61,841 nucleotides of DNA from a virus (IMGVR_UViG_3300036859_000137:1-61841), one strand, 5' to 3'. Counted from the stretch's first letter, positions 46,086 to 56,060 are shown. The notes: generated by a model not told the origin, from the sequence alone. Numbers and translations are program-made.

Positions 46086-49000
46086 TCATTCACTCCCCTC
46101 GTTCATCATCTGCTGGGCCAGATCGTCCATGACGATCTTATAGGCAGCCTTCCGGTCCATCGGCTCCGGAGGTGCAGGGTGGACGTGTGCCGTGGACAGA
46201 CGGCCGGACGCGATCAGTGCCTGAACCTGTCCACCAGCCACCCGAGCCTTCATGCGCGGCACCACAAATCCGCCGACGTTGACTCCGAGGAGTCCGACGA
46301 GGCGGTGCTGACCACCGATCCGGCGCCAGTCCCCGGAGACCTCACCCGAAGCACGGAGTTCGTGCACGAGCATCGGGTCTGCGTTCGGCCGGATCGCTCC
46401 AGCCACCCAGATGCCGGTGCGGTCCGAGCCGACCGCGACGTCAGCGATGGCGTTTCCGGTGTTCTCGTAATGCTCCTTCGCCGGACCGGCCCCTACGTAG
46501 AGATCCGCGTGATTCGTGGTCACGGTGATCTGCCCGACCGTCACGACCTTGCCGCTGTCGGTGACCAGCTCGCCGGTGGCGAAGTACGGGAAGTCGTCCT
46601 CACGAGGCGGCTGCGTGCACACATCCATGAACCCGATGTGGCAGGCTCCCCACTGCGCCGCGTGGCCGAACACCCGGCCGTCCTCGGTCACGTGGATCGT
46701 GGTGGGCTGGCTCAGCTGGGGGTTCTCGAACCACTCCGCCGGGGGACGCCACTCCGGCCCGCCGTGAGCGACGAGCGTCGCCCTTAGCCGGTCCTTCGGC
46801 GGGATGCTCTTCGCCCTCGTGGCAGCGATCGACGACTGAACCTCGGCGTACTCCTCCAGCGTCGGAGCGCCACCGGCCACGACCGCGCCGGAATCGTCCG
46901 TGAGAGCGATGTACGCCTCGGCGAAAGCAGGGATGTCACAGAGCGTCGCGGCGCGGATCCGACCACCGTGATAGATCACCTTCTCCGGCTGGGCGAAGAG
47001 CATCGCCAGCGGGTCGGCCTCCTCGTCGGCGCCCGCGTTCTCCGGCCACACGAACTCCACATCGGCGTTCCCGATCGAGTCGGCGTCGATGCTCACGCCA
47101 CGGAGGAACTTCTCCTGGACGCGCCGGTGAGCCTCCGCGCCATCCTCGGAGCCGAGGTCGAACACACCCTTGCCCATGATCTTCTGGCCGTCACGCCAGA
47201 TCGAATCAATCCGGCCCACCGTCACAGCCGTCGTGTGGGGCTCCCCGCCGTGGGAATCTTCCTTGTTCCAGCGGAGCAGCACCTCACCGGGCTCGATGTT
47301 CTCCGGCCACGTCAGGGCGCCACCGGCGAACTCGCGGCCGTCTCCAGTCACCTGATCCTCGACTGCGAGGACGCCCTCCCACGGGGCTGTGTCGCCGGAT
47401 GCCTTCATGGGCCCGCATTCGCCGGTGGCGGGGTCCTTCATCATGTTCGGGGGGCACCCGCCATCGTCCGCGAACTCGACCGGGGCACCCCAGATGATCA
47501 TGTCATAGTCGTTCTCCAGCCCGAAGGCTGCCACTTCGTCCTGCGTGGCCTTCAGGTTCGAGGGGACCGGCTTCCCCAGCTTGTTGTAATGCCCACGAAG
47601 GTGGGACTTCGCCCGTGCCACCGCTCCGGAATCACGACCGGACAGGGAGCTGACTCGACCGGCCGCCGCGCTCAGACCGTCCTGATTCAGTGCACCGCCA
47701 GGCTCATGATGGGGCAGGAAACAGCGTTCCTTCACTGATCCCTCACCGGGATCACACGCAGCCGTGGCCGACTTGTACTGCTCGTCGGTGAACCGGGAAG
47801 CAGATCCGTCCCATGCCGCCTGAACGATATCTGTGATCGAGAGATGGGCCGCCATGCCGGTCGTTCCCTCGTCGCAGTCCTCGCCCTCACAGTCGTCGGT
47901 CGCGAGGGTGGCGCCTTCGTAATCGTCGTTCTCGTGAAGCCGCTTGTCCTTCTTCGTGCCGGGGTTCGGCTTGCCGCCCAGCTCTTCGGTCACGGTTGCC
48001 ACGGCGTTGCCTCCTTCAGCCGCATACAGGGCGGCCAGTTGCTTGTCTGCCTTCGCCTCGGTCGCGTGGCATCCCTCGACTTCACCCGTGGCATCCTTGA
48101 TCACTGCCCACGGTTTCGATGATCCGCACTTGCTGCTCTTCGCCACATGCCACGGCACAGTGACCGCCTTCATTGACGCGCTGCCGACCTCGGCCGAGCC
48201 CCAGACGGCGATCATTGTGCCACGGCACCGCCCACCGCCCGCACAGTTGGCGTATCCGCCACCGCTGGACGGGTACGCCTCGGCCGCCTGGGACAGCGAG
48301 GTGAACTCGGTTCCGTCGATCGCCCGGCAGGCTGCGCACGTGGCCTTGTCGAGCACCTCACTGGCCATGTAGAGCCCTGGGGGAGCCACCCGCAGGACCG
48401 CCATACGTCCGGTGTTCTGTGCCGACGACATGGCCGAACCGATGTAGTCCCGGGGCGTCCGGAGCGAAAGATCTTTCAGGTCCCGGTCCACCCGTTCGGC
48501 CACCTGGCGCCCGGACCGGCCGGAGGTGACGAAGGTGAGCGCCCGGCGTCCGGCCGACTGCACGAGGTTGAGCCCGAGGGCTCGCGCGGTGACCCGGGCC
48601 ACGGACCGGATGACCTCTCCGGCCGTGGACGCCGTCAGCTCCTCAGACAGGTCCCACGGAGGGATCTCGATTCCCTGGTGCTCTGCCTCGCGCTGCATCT
48701 CTTTGCCGGAGGTGATCGCGTACCGGGTCATGTGATCGGTGAGCAGAACGGTCAGATGATCAGTGTCCACGGTGAGGTACCCGAGCCGGTCCAGGTCCCC
48801 GTCATCGACGATCTTCGCGATCTGATCACGGAGACTGGCGCGCTGGTCTGCCTCGGTCCGCGCGTAATCGTTCAGAGTCGCGCCGACCGCGTCATCCCAC
48901 TGCTTATCAATCATCGCGAAGTCTGCCCGCGAGGCGATCTCGAAGTCGGTGAGCTTCCGGCGCATGATCCCGGCCGCCGTCACGGCGCCGGTGAGCGGGA

Positions 49001-49526
49001 TGTCCGTGTCCTCATGGCCGAAGCTCACCCGGACCCGGTCGAAGGTAACCGGCCCGAGCCGCTTCTCCAGCTCTTTGACCAGGGTCAGATCGTCTGAGTA
49101 CTCGGCGCAGATATGGGCGACCCAGGGAGTGTGCTGGGCGGGGATCTCCACCCCGATTGGCGCGGCCGTCCACACCGCGTCACACGCCACTGAGTGCGCC
49201 GCTTCCAATGGAGGGAACCACTCGTCGACCGGCTTCTGATCACCAACCGACCACACCCACGAGGGCTTCTCGCTCCCGGCGTTCCAGTGCGCGGCTCCGA
49301 AGATGTTCGCGGTGATCGGAGGGAACTCCGCGAACATCATCATGAGGGCGCCGATGATCTCCTGACGTGCGGCCGGAGTGAACGCGGTCTCGTCGTCCCC
49401 GAGGAAGTGCAGGGTGCAGTGAAGATCTTCCGCTGCCTCCCCGCCCTTGATCGAAAGCCGCTTCGCGTCCTCGGCCGTCGGCATGAGGGCGATCATGCAC
49501 CCGTTCAGGTGATCATCATCAGCCAC
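46086..49526 (-). CDS. Fusion: 2H phosphoesterase-like + MuF-like + capsid maturation protease
   Basis: 'LHCTLHFL' and 'VAHIC'; 'SEVLDKATC..C..IDG..CRG'; 'TGDGREF', 'VGRID', 'GVSID', 'IPAFAEA', 'SGDWR'. Confidence 0.8.
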   Translation of the reverse strand: MADDDHLNGCMIALMPTAEDAKRLSIKGGEAAEDLHCTLHFLGDDETAFTPAARQEIIGALMMMFAEFPPITANIFGAAHWNAGSEKPSWVWSVGDQKPVDEWFPPLEAAHSVACDAVWTAAPIGVEIPAQHTPWVAHICAEYSDDLTLVKELEKRLGPVTFDRVRVSFGHEDTDIPLTGAVTAAGIMRRKLTDFEIASRADFAMIDKQWDDAVGATLNDYARTEADQRASLRDQIAKIVDDGDLDRLGYLTVDTDHLTVLLTDHMTRYAITSGKEMQREAEHQGIEIPPWDLSEELTASTAGEVIRSVARVTARALGLNLVQSAGRRALTFVTSGRSGRQVAERVDRDLKDLSLRTPRDYIGSAMSSAQNTGRMAVLRVAPPGLYMASEVLDKATCAACRAIDGTEFTSLSQAAEAYPSSGGGYANCAGGGRCRGTMIAVWGSAEVGSASMKAVTVPWHVAKSSKCGSSKPWAVIKDATGEVEGCHATEAKADKQLAALYAAEGGNAVATVTEELGGKPNPGTKKDKRLHENDDYEGATLATDDCEGEDCDEGTTGMAAHLSITDIVQAAWDGSASRFTDEQYKSATAACDPGEGSVKERCFLPHHEPGGALNQDGLSAAAGRVSSLSGRDSGAVARAKSHLRGHYNKLGKPVPSNLKATQDEVAAFGLENDYDMIIWGAPVEFADDGGCPPNMMKDPATGECGPMKASGDTAPWEGVLAVEDQVTGDGREFAGGALTWPENIEPGEVLLRWNKEDSHGGEPHTTAVTVGRIDSIWRDGQKIMGKGVFDLGSEDGAEAHRRVQEKFLRGVSIDADSIGNADVEFVWPENAGADEEADPLAMLFAQPEKVIYHGGRIRAATLCDIPAFAEAYIALTDDSGAVVAGGAPTLEEYAEVQSSIAATRAKSIPPKDRLRATLVAHGGPEWRPPAEWFENPQLSQPTTIHVTEDGRVFGHAAQWGACHIGFMDVCTQPPREDDFPYFATGELVTDSGKVVTVGQITVTTNHADLYVGAGPAKEHYENTGNAIADVAVGSDRTGIWVAGAIRPNADPMLVHELRASGEVSGDWRRIGGQHRLVGLLGVNVGGFVVPRMKARVAGGQVQALIASGRLSTAHVHPAPPEPMDRKAAYKIVMDDLAQQMMNEGSE

Positions 49527-51357
49527 GGCTGCCCACCATTGCTCGTGTACGCCTACCGAGGATCTCGGTTTCCGTAGTGATCCATCCGTTCGTGTCGAGC
49601 CAGGGGACACCCGCACCAACGATCAGCCGTCCGAACGCGTCCAGCTTGGCTTCATACGAACCGGTGGACAGGCGAGTGATCAAGGCGTCTTCGGCTGCAT
49701 GGGTGAACGGGCATCCGTACGCGTTCTCAGAGCAGAGCGGGGGATGCATAAGCACCGGATCCCGGGTCCCGCTGAAGCGGATCGCGTGCATGGCCTGAGC
49801 CTGCTTCAGTGCATGGTCCAGCTGGGCGGCCGTCTTCGCCGGAGGCTTGTCGGGGCTCTTGGCTGGCTGGCCGTCTGGCGCCTTCCCAGCGTTCGGGGGA
49901 CCAGTCTCCTCACCAGTCGTCTTTCCCTCGTCCTGCGGGGGATTCTGTCCGTCCTCGGCCGCTCCTGGCGGAGCGCCGCCGGTGGGAGCCTCCGGCACGA
50001 CCGGTTCGGTGAAGATCCCCGCATGCGTGAGCGCCTCGAACGCCTCGCCGACCATGGCGGGGTTCGTCTGCGTCCGCAAGATCGTCTTGAGAAGCTGCGT
50101 GACTAGCACATCGCCTTCGGGGATGTCGTCCTCGTCGAACCCGGTCTCCCGGCGCAGCGCCTCGCCGTCGATCTCTCCCCGGTCGTACGCCAGCACGGCG
50201 TTTTCGGAGCGGTCCGGCCGGATCGCCAGCTCGCTCATGTCATACCAGACGACCCACTTGCCGACGTCCTTTTCCCCGGACGCGGCCAAGCGGGGCTGGA
50301 GGTATCCGACCGTGAGGCAGTGCGCGATCAGCTCCGCCATCGGAGCGATGTGCGTCTTCAGCGCCGCCTCGTCGAGGTTCCACGCGGTCCAGTGGTTGAC
50401 GTTGCCCCGGCCGGTCATGATCTCGGTGGGGATGTCCATCTTGTTCGCCAGCCGCTCGATCGCGGAGTTACGGCGCTCGATGATCTTCTCTTCGATCTGA
50501 AGAGTGAAGTCGATGTGCTTGATCTTGTCCGCGACCTCGGACGGGACGCGGATCAGCAGGGGGACGATCGCGGAGGCGTGCCCGGGTTCTTTGATCGACT
50601 CAGCCGCGATCTCGACGAACTCCAGGGACAGGGCGTCGGGCTCGTCCTGGAACTCCTCGCGCACCGGGAAGGAGGCTTCCTCGGGGAGGATCAGCAGTCC
50701 GGCCATGGCGAGCCGTGAGAGGTACTCGGCTGTGATATGCCGGTTGACCAACTCCAGCTCTCGCATGATCGGCCGTGCCGATCGGGCCGGAGAGTCGGCG
50801 ATGTGGTAATACCGGGGGTGCGGACGCCACACCCGGACCACGAGGGAGTTCTCCGGCAGCGGGATCCAGCGCACCGAGGGGATCCGGTCCCCGACGACCT
50901 CGAAGTGCCCTCCGGTCGCGCGGACCTCCTCGTTGGACCGGACCATCCACGAGAACGACTTCTCGGTGAGCTGCTCCCCGACGAGGTATCCCTCACCCGG
51001 CACGGACAGCTGGGTGACCAGTCCCCTGATCATCTGAGCCTGTCCGCCGACGCCACCGGCCAGGTCCCGCATGAGCGTGGCCGCGAGATCACTCGACTTG
51101 ACGTCGGAGATCGAGGGTTCGTCAAGGTCGGGATCGAGCAGGGCAGCGCGGAACCGTACGCGGCTCATCATCTGGGAGAGCCAGGTCACTCCGGTGTTGA
51201 ACTCCCCGAGGGCATCGAAGAACTCCCACGCTTCGCGCTGCCACGATTCGTCGGTCTTCATAAGCGGACCGCGCGGGGCCGCGACGATCGTCGCGGCGGC
51301 GGTCAGCGCGTCGGTGTCGGGCTGCGGCTTCGTCCGCCACGGTGCGTACCACGGCAT
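49519..51357 (-). CDS. Portal protein
   Basis: 'WQREAWEFFD..GE', 'L.VPGE', 'R.WRPHPR..ADSP', 'SRLA.AG.L..P.E', 'NHW.AW'; GGGAGG RBS. Confidence 0.85.
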   Translation of the reverse strand: MPWYAPWRTKPQPDTDALTAAATIVAAPRGPLMKTDESWQREAWEFFDALGEFNTGVTWLSQMMSRVRFRAALLDPDLDEPSISDVKSSDLAATLMRDLAGGVGGQAQMIRGLVTQLSVPGEGYLVGEQLTEKSFSWMVRSNEEVRATGGHFEVVGDRIPSVRWIPLPENSLVVRVWRPHPRYYHIADSPARSARPIMRELELVNRHITAEYLSRLAMAGLLILPEEASFPVREEFQDEPDALSLEFVEIAAESIKEPGHASAIVPLLIRVPSEVADKIKHIDFTLQIEEKIIERRNSAIERLANKMDIPTEIMTGRGNVNHWTAWNLDEAALKTHIAPMAELIAHCLTVGYLQPRLAASGEKDVGKWVVWYDMSELAIRPDRSENAVLAYDRGEIDGEALRRETGFDEDDIPEGDVLVTQLLKTILRTQTNPAMVGEAFEALTHAGIFTEPVVPEAPTGGAPPGAAEDGQNPPQDEGKTTGEETGPPNAGKAPDGQPAKSPDKPPAKTAAQLDHALKQAQAMHAIRFSGTRDPVLMHPPLCSENAYGCPFTHAAEDALITRLSTGSYEAKLDAFGRLIVGAGVPWLDTNGWITTETEILGRRTRAMVGSRG

Positions 51358-51412
51358 GGTGATCCTCCCGGCCTTGATCGGCCACAGAGTACCGTGATCG
51401 GCTCGAATCCCC

Positions 51413-51853
51413 TCACGGGGTGGGGGCTCCGGCCCCCGCACTGTCGATGAACTTAGAGCACTCCAGCGCGGAATAACCCTCTCGGATGACCTTGAACGCA
51501 TGATCGTACTTCACGGGATCCGGGGCAGCCTTCCGCCCGGCGGGGGACTCCGAATCGAGAAAGACCTGATACAGCGGGCACAGAGCTTTCTGACGGGTGG
51601 TCGTCTGGGCGACGTCCAGCCGGTTGGTCAGATGCTTGAGCTGCCAGCCACCGAACGCCATGGCGAACGTCAGGACAACATCGAGGATCAGGCCGGTGAT
51701 TGCGACCACTGCGAGGACGCGGGTCTCATGAGCCTTTTTGGCCAGGGTGGTGAACTGGATTCCCTCGTCCTGGGCGAGCTTGTGAACCTTGTCCATCAGT
51801 CCGGTGGCCGCCTCGACGAGAGCTTCCACTTCCGCGTGCTCATGCTCCTGCAT
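51413..51853 (-). CDS. Membrane protein (possible lysis accessory)
   Basis: One TM segment, two C-terminal Cys. Confidence 0.55.
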   Translation of the reverse strand: MQEHEHAEVEALVEAATGLMDKVHKLAQDEGIQFTTLAKKAHETRVLAVVAITGLILDVVLTFAMAFGGWQLKHLTNRLDVAQTTTRQKALCPLYQVFLDSESPAGRKAAPDPVKYDHAFKVIREGYSALECSKFIDSAGAGAPTP

Positions 51854-52049
51854 CGTTGGTGCTCCCGGGGGCACGGGGAGGATGGGTGGGCTGCTGCTCG
51901 GCTTCCCTCTTGAGAACCTTCGCGGCTTCCATAAGGTCATCGGCGAACTGCTTGAGTTCCTCGGACGTCCGGAGCATCTCCGCACGAAGACGCTTCGACT
52001 CGGCCAGGACACGATCGATGTGGCTCTGCTGGGGCTGCGCTGCCTCCAT
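51840..52049 (-). CDS. Small coiled-coil protein
   Basis: MEAAQPQQ... between two membrane genes. Confidence 0.5.
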   Translation of the reverse strand: MEAAQPQQSHIDRVLAESKRLRAEMLRTSEELKQFADDLMEAAKVLKREAEQQPTHPPRAPGSTNDAGA

Positions 52050-52053
52050 AAGA

Positions 52054-52338
52054 TCAATCCCTGCGAAGCGCTGCCAGGGCGTTGGCAACTGCCTGGCTTG
52101 CTTCTGCGGTTGCGCGCGCTGACTGAGCAATTGTGGTGAGGTACTCATTCCTGACCGCCTCATTGATCTTGATCAGTTCGAGTTCCAGCCGATCACCGCG
52201 CTGCTTGTGGCTTTCCAGCTCGGACGTCAGCCTAGCGAACAGAACGCGGACAGCCGCCAGGGCCAGCAACGCCAGCAGACCCACCGCTCCGTACTGGAGC
52301 AGCAGGCCGGTTACTGGATCGGCTTCAGCGATCAGCAT
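52054..52338 (-). CDS. Membrane protein, holin-like
   Basis: 'LLQYGAVGLLALLAL' TM segment plus coiled coil. Confidence 0.55.
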   Translation of the reverse strand: MLIAEADPVTGLLLQYGAVGLLALLALAAVRVLFARLTSELESHKQRGDRLELELIKINEAVRNEYLTTIAQSARATAEASQAVANALAALRRD

Positions 52339-52438
52339 GAGCGCATTGTGGCATGAACGATCTGTCAGGAAGAATTGATCATCGCGACCCGGTGAAAAAT
52401 TATGCAGCGTCTCCCTGTACGGCGTACGGGGCTGAGAA

Positions 52439-52620
52439 GTTGATAATACTCTGACCAGGCACTATCCCTATCTCGGAGGGGGTGGTGCGCGGGTACCGGG
52501 GACCTCAAAGGATCTCGTTAGACGGCCGTCTGTGGCTTTTCTTACCCTACGTATTAGTAACTTGTCTTATTATTACGCAGGGGGACCGGATAATCATTCA
52601 CTCCGGTGTATGGGCATAAC
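52439..52620 (-). repeat. Dispersed conserved non-coding element, copy 3 of 3 (inverted)
   Basis: Reverse complement reads ..AGTTACTAATACGTAGGGTAAGAAAA..CGGCCGTCTAACGAGATCCTTT..CCGAGATAGGGATAGTGCCTGGTCAGAG. Confidence 0.9.
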
Positions 52621-52660
52621 TGAGCCCCCGGCGGAGGGATCAGGACCGCCGGGGGCTTCA
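52621..52660. terminator. GC-rich hairpin, probable terminator
   Basis: GCCCCCGGCGG...CCGCCGGGGGC. Confidence 0.6.
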
Positions 52661-52683
52661 GACCCGGATAGGCACTCCCCAGG

Positions 52684-52974
52684 TTACCCGAACGGGCGTC
52701 CATTGGAGTTCATGGGAGGCATGGGCATACCGGCCGGAGCGATCGAAAGCGAGGACATCTGATCCACTTCGTCCTGCAACTGCTTGATCCACTTCTGTGC
52801 ACTGGCCTTGTCCATGACCGCCGTCGTGGTCGAATTGGGGACACGGATCGTGCAGATCAGCAGATCACCCTGCGGCGTCTTGTGCCGCCCGGTGAACAGC
52901 CACGCCGGGACCTGATTCGAGACGCTCGGATGCGCAGGATCGTACGGGGGCGGGCCCTGCGGCTGGTCGGTCAT
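52684..52974 (-). CDS. Hypothetical protein
   Basis: GAGGA RBS, ATGA coupling. Confidence 0.6.
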   Translation of the reverse strand: MTDQPQGPPPYDPAHPSVSNQVPAWLFTGRHKTPQGDLLICTIRVPNSTTTAVMDKASAQKWIKQLQDEVDQMSSLSIAPAGMPMPPMNSNGRPFG

Positions 52975-53072
52975 TTGATCTTCCTCTTCTTCCTCCGAAG
53001 GATCTTAATCGCTCCGATACCCAGAGCGACCGTCCCGAGCGCGACCACGGCCGCAGGCCAGTTGATGTTCAT
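52971..53072 (-). CDS. Small membrane peptide
   Basis: MNINWPAAVVALGTVALGIGAIKILRRKKRKIK; coupled at both ends. Confidence 0.55.
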   Translation of the reverse strand: MNINWPAAVVALGTVALGIGAIKILRRKKRKIK

Positions 53073-53476
53073 GCCCACTCCCTCGACCCGAGAAGCGCCG
53101 CACCGGCCCACACCGCGCCGCCCATGAGCCACGGCCACTGGATCCCGATCACGCAGTCCGTGATCAGCACCAGAGCCCCGGAGACATAGGCACTCGCGCA
53201 CCACGGGCAGATGATCAGTTCGGAGAGCCAGTGCGGGGACCAGGACACCCGGGTGACATACCGGGATGCCTTACCGCCGACATCCTTCGGCTGGAATGGA
53301 GCAGGTTTGTCCGGCTTCCTGATCTCTTCCCATTCTTTGTCGGTCAGAGGCCGCCAGCCTCCGGCCAGCCGGTCACGGATCCACAGCACCGGCGGGAACG
53401 TGTCCTTCGTGACCAGCCGGGTCACCCGGTAGGCGCACGCGGAGAGCATGAGCCAGAGCACAAGTTCCCTGATCAC
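53069..53476 (-). CDS. DUF1360-family membrane protein
   Basis: 'YRVTRLVTKD', 'ELIICPWCAS'. Confidence 0.75.
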   Translation of the reverse strand: MIRELVLWLMLSACAYRVTRLVTKDTFPPVLWIRDRLAGGWRPLTDKEWEEIRKPDKPAPFQPKDVGGKASRYVTRVSWSPHWLSELIICPWCASAYVSGALVLITDCVIGIQWPWLMGGAVWAGAALLGSREWA

Positions 53477-53664
53477 AGAGTGCCTCCCGGCCCGAAGATG
53501 TTGACAACCTTACGGCTTTTGTCCACTGGAGCAATGATGTTGAGCCGGTCACGTTCCTGCTTGAGAATGACCATGTACGGAAGTGGATCACCGTTGTCCC
53601 GGCGCTTCCGGGCCCGTAGCACGGCGCGCTGCTCCCGCCACTGCCGCCCCCGCCGCCTGCTCAT
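53473..53664 (-). CDS. Small basic protein
   Basis: Coupled ORF. Confidence 0.45.
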   Translation of the reverse strand: MSRRRGRQWREQRAVLRARKRRDNGDPLPYMVILKQERDRLNIIAPVDKSRKVVNIFGPGGTL

Positions 53665-53666
53665 GA

Positions 53667-53834
53667 TCAGTGCTCCCGTCCTACCGGACGGGCAGGCCGG
53701 ACAGGGTCCGACGTCATGAACAGGTACCGGTCAAAGGCCCGTCGGCCGGAGATCAGGAACCGGATGCCAAGGACGGCCACCCATACCCCGAGAGCTGCGG
53801 CCAACAGGCCAGCGATGATCAGAAAGCCGGTCAT
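53667..53834 (-). CDS. Small membrane protein
   Basis: MTGFLIIAGLLAAALGVW...; ATGA coupling. Confidence 0.5.
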   Translation of the reverse strand: MTGFLIIAGLLAAALGVWVAVLGIRFLISGRRAFDRYLFMTSDPVRPARPVGREH

Positions 53835-54199
53835 GCCACGAGCTTCCCGGCGGGCGAGACGCTCGCGGGAACCGGGTTCACCACGGTCTGACGTGTCACG
53901 AAGGATGCGACCAGGGCGAGGGATCCGAGGATCACTGCTTGCTTCTCGCTGGTCCAATCGAGACCGAACGCGGCGAGCAGGGAAAACAGCGCCGTGGCGA
54001 TATGGGTGACGAGAGCGTTGAGCCCGTCGTGGAGCTTGATCGCGTTGTACACGCCGAACGCGAAGACGATCACCGCAGTGATGACACCCTGTACGTGCGG
54101 GGAGACGTCCACACCGAAGCCGGTGAGGACGCCGACGGCACCGGCCACGAGGCCGAGCCACATCGCTTGCTCTCTGCCGAAGATCTTGGTAACGCCCAT
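53831..54199 (-). CDS. Holin
   Basis: Four short TM segments, 'KIFGRE', 'R..V..PV' ending; AAGGAG RBS. Confidence 0.7.
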   Translation of the reverse strand: MGVTKIFGREQAMWLGLVAGAVGVLTGFGVDVSPHVQGVITAVIVFAFGVYNAIKLHDGLNALVTHIATALFSLLAAFGLDWTSEKQAVILGSLALVASFVTRQTVVNPVPASVSPAGKLVA

Positions 54200-54250
54200 G
54201 ACCGGGTTCTCCTTCTGTGATGGTTTGAGCCGGACGGATCATAGCATCGG

Positions 54251-55630
54251 TCAGTGAGGCTCCTGCACGATCTTCTTCCGTGCAGCGTTGCTCCCGATCG
54301 ATCCCGCTCCGGCAGGAGCAGTATGCGCCAGCTTCAGGTGCCAGGCATCCCACACCATGGCGTCGAGCCGGTCCGGGGACCAGTCCAGCTCTTCGTGCCA
54401 GGTGCAGAGCTGGTCCTCAAGATCGTCGAACACTCCGGCGTGGTGCCACCGGCCGTTGGCCGTGAGCGCCGACACCGGCTCCGCGCGTACCTTCTTACCG
54501 CGCGTGGCCGTCACAACCCGGATCGGGATGTTGTACCCGAGCTGTTCGCAGGCGCCCCGGATGGTTGCGATCGCCATGTCCCGGCCGTAGTTCTGCTCCA
54601 CCACGATGTCGTCGGCTTCCCAGTCGACGGCCGCGCGCACGGCGCGCTTCCCCCAGCCCTCGGGCTTGAGGTGGCACGTACGATCGTCGAGGACAAAGCC
54701 GTTCATGAGCGGCTTCACCCGGCGCTCATCCGCACCCGGAGGAAGCCACAGCTGTTTGCCCGCTACCACGATCCCCTGCTCACCGGCGCCGCCGGACGGG
54801 TCGACCCCAACCGTGATCTTGCTCAGATCCGGCACATCGTCCGGGTTGATCCGGTACGCCTCGATCTGCTCGCGGACCCACAGAGCATTCTCATCCTGGT
54901 CAATGATCCGGCCTTCAAGCTCCTGAGCTGCCAGGGAGGTACCGGCGTAGCTCTCCAGCAGGGCTTCCAGGAAGTCCGGAGTCAGGTGGGGATTGTCCCG
55001 GGTCGTGGCGTGCGTGACGACCATGTTCCGGGGTGTCTTCTGCGCGAATTTCTTGATCAATGCACGTGGCCTCGGAGTGGTCGAGCCGACCCAGCGCGGG
55101 TGCGGACCGGTGCGGAGACCGAACCTCATCTGTGCATATGCCTGATCAAGGTAGCGCCAGGCTGCCATTTCCTCGCACCAGACGGCGCACGTGTTACCAC
55201 CGGAGCGGAGCCGGTCGGTGTCCTCTTCGCTGTGCGCGCCGAACACCTTGGCCTCGGAACCGTTCGGCCAGTGGATCACCGTGCCACCGTCACGGGTGAC
55301 CTTGACCGCGCGCGGATCATGGGCCCGGATGCCCGAAGGTCCCTCGTATCCGGAGCGCACCGCGTCACCGAGGGTGGGGCCGATGATCGCCATCCAGTGG
55401 GGAATGGGTCCCGGCATGCAGGGAGGACCGTTGACATGCTCGATCATCCAGTTCGCACACGCGTCCGTCTTACCAGCACCACGGCCCGCCAGAAGCAGCC
55501 AGCCGTACCATTCACCCGGTGGGGGAATCTGGTGCGGGAGCGGTGCCCAGCCCTCCGCCACCCGGCGCACGAGCGCTGCCATATCGTGCAGCCGCCGGGC
55601 GGAGAGCAGTGCAGTCGAGGGACCCGCCAT
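54251..55630 (-). CDS. Terminase large subunit
   Basis: 'PHQ.PP', Walker A 'AGRGAGKT', 'WCEE', 'TTPRP', nuclease 'VGVDPS', 'VVEQNYG', 'SPDRLDA'. Confidence 0.95.
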   Translation of the reverse strand: MAGPSTALLSARRLHDMAALVRRVAEGWAPLPHQIPPPGEWYGWLLLAGRGAGKTDACANWMIEHVNGPPCMPGPIPHWMAIIGPTLGDAVRSGYEGPSGIRAHDPRAVKVTRDGGTVIHWPNGSEAKVFGAHSEEDTDRLRSGGNTCAVWCEEMAAWRYLDQAYAQMRFGLRTGPHPRWVGSTTPRPRALIKKFAQKTPRNMVVTHATTRDNPHLTPDFLEALLESYAGTSLAAQELEGRIIDQDENALWVREQIEAYRINPDDVPDLSKITVGVDPSGGAGEQGIVVAGKQLWLPPGADERRVKPLMNGFVLDDRTCHLKPEGWGKRAVRAAVDWEADDIVVEQNYGRDMAIATIRGACEQLGYNIPIRVVTATRGKKVRAEPVSALTANGRWHHAGVFDDLEDQLCTWHEELDWSPDRLDAMVWDAWHLKLAHTAPAGAGSIGSNAARKKIVQEPH

Positions 55631-55690
55631 GACGTCAGGCTAGATCATGTCGAGGCGGGTACCAGACCGGAGAGACTCGGAGGTGATCCC

Positions 55691-55774
55691 ATGCGTCTGT
55701 TTCTGATCATCGTTGGTGCGATCTTCGCGGCCTGGCTGCTGATCGCTGTGATCATCCCCGCTCTTGGGCGGTGA
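55691..55774 (+). CDS. 27-aa hydrophobic peptide, opposite strand to its neighbours
   Basis: GGAGGT RBS; MRLFLIIVGAIFAAWLLIAVIIPALGR. Confidence 0.55.
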   Translation: MRLFLIIVGAIFAAWLLIAVIIPALGR

Positions 55775-55784
55775 CCCCGAACAG

Positions 55785-55831
55785 CACAAACCCCTCCGGA
55801 CCGGCAAGCCGTCTGCGGAGGGGTGTTGTGT
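55785..55831. terminator. Probable bidirectional terminator hairpin
   Basis: CACAAACCCCTCCG...CGGAGGGGTGTTGTG between convergent units. Confidence 0.65.
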
Positions 55832-56060
55832 GGGAGGGAGGATTCCACCTCCACCGGATCGCAGCCCTCGGATTCGAGTCGAAGATCCGGGCCAGTCGTT
55901 AGCCTGCGAAGGCACAGATTCCGAGGCGCTACCCTCGTCCCGTCCAAGTAGATCACCGTTGGCCAGCCACCCGAGCGGTTGTCTTCCGCCGACCGCACGT
56001 TCGGACCCCGTTCTGCATAGGGCCCTTCCGTCACGCCCCGACCGGGTGCCCCCGGTCGTT
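55785..56060 (-). ncRNA. Candidate ~275-nt structured RNA
   Basis: Promoter TTGACA-N17-CAAGCT (56095-56067), serial hairpins, no credible ORF, ends at terminator. Confidence 0.5.

Noticed and set aside
55785-56060. tmRNA
   Set aside because: GGGGCGTGA and a T-loop-like arm are present but do not form a matching acceptor stem or CCA end, and no tag ORF is evident
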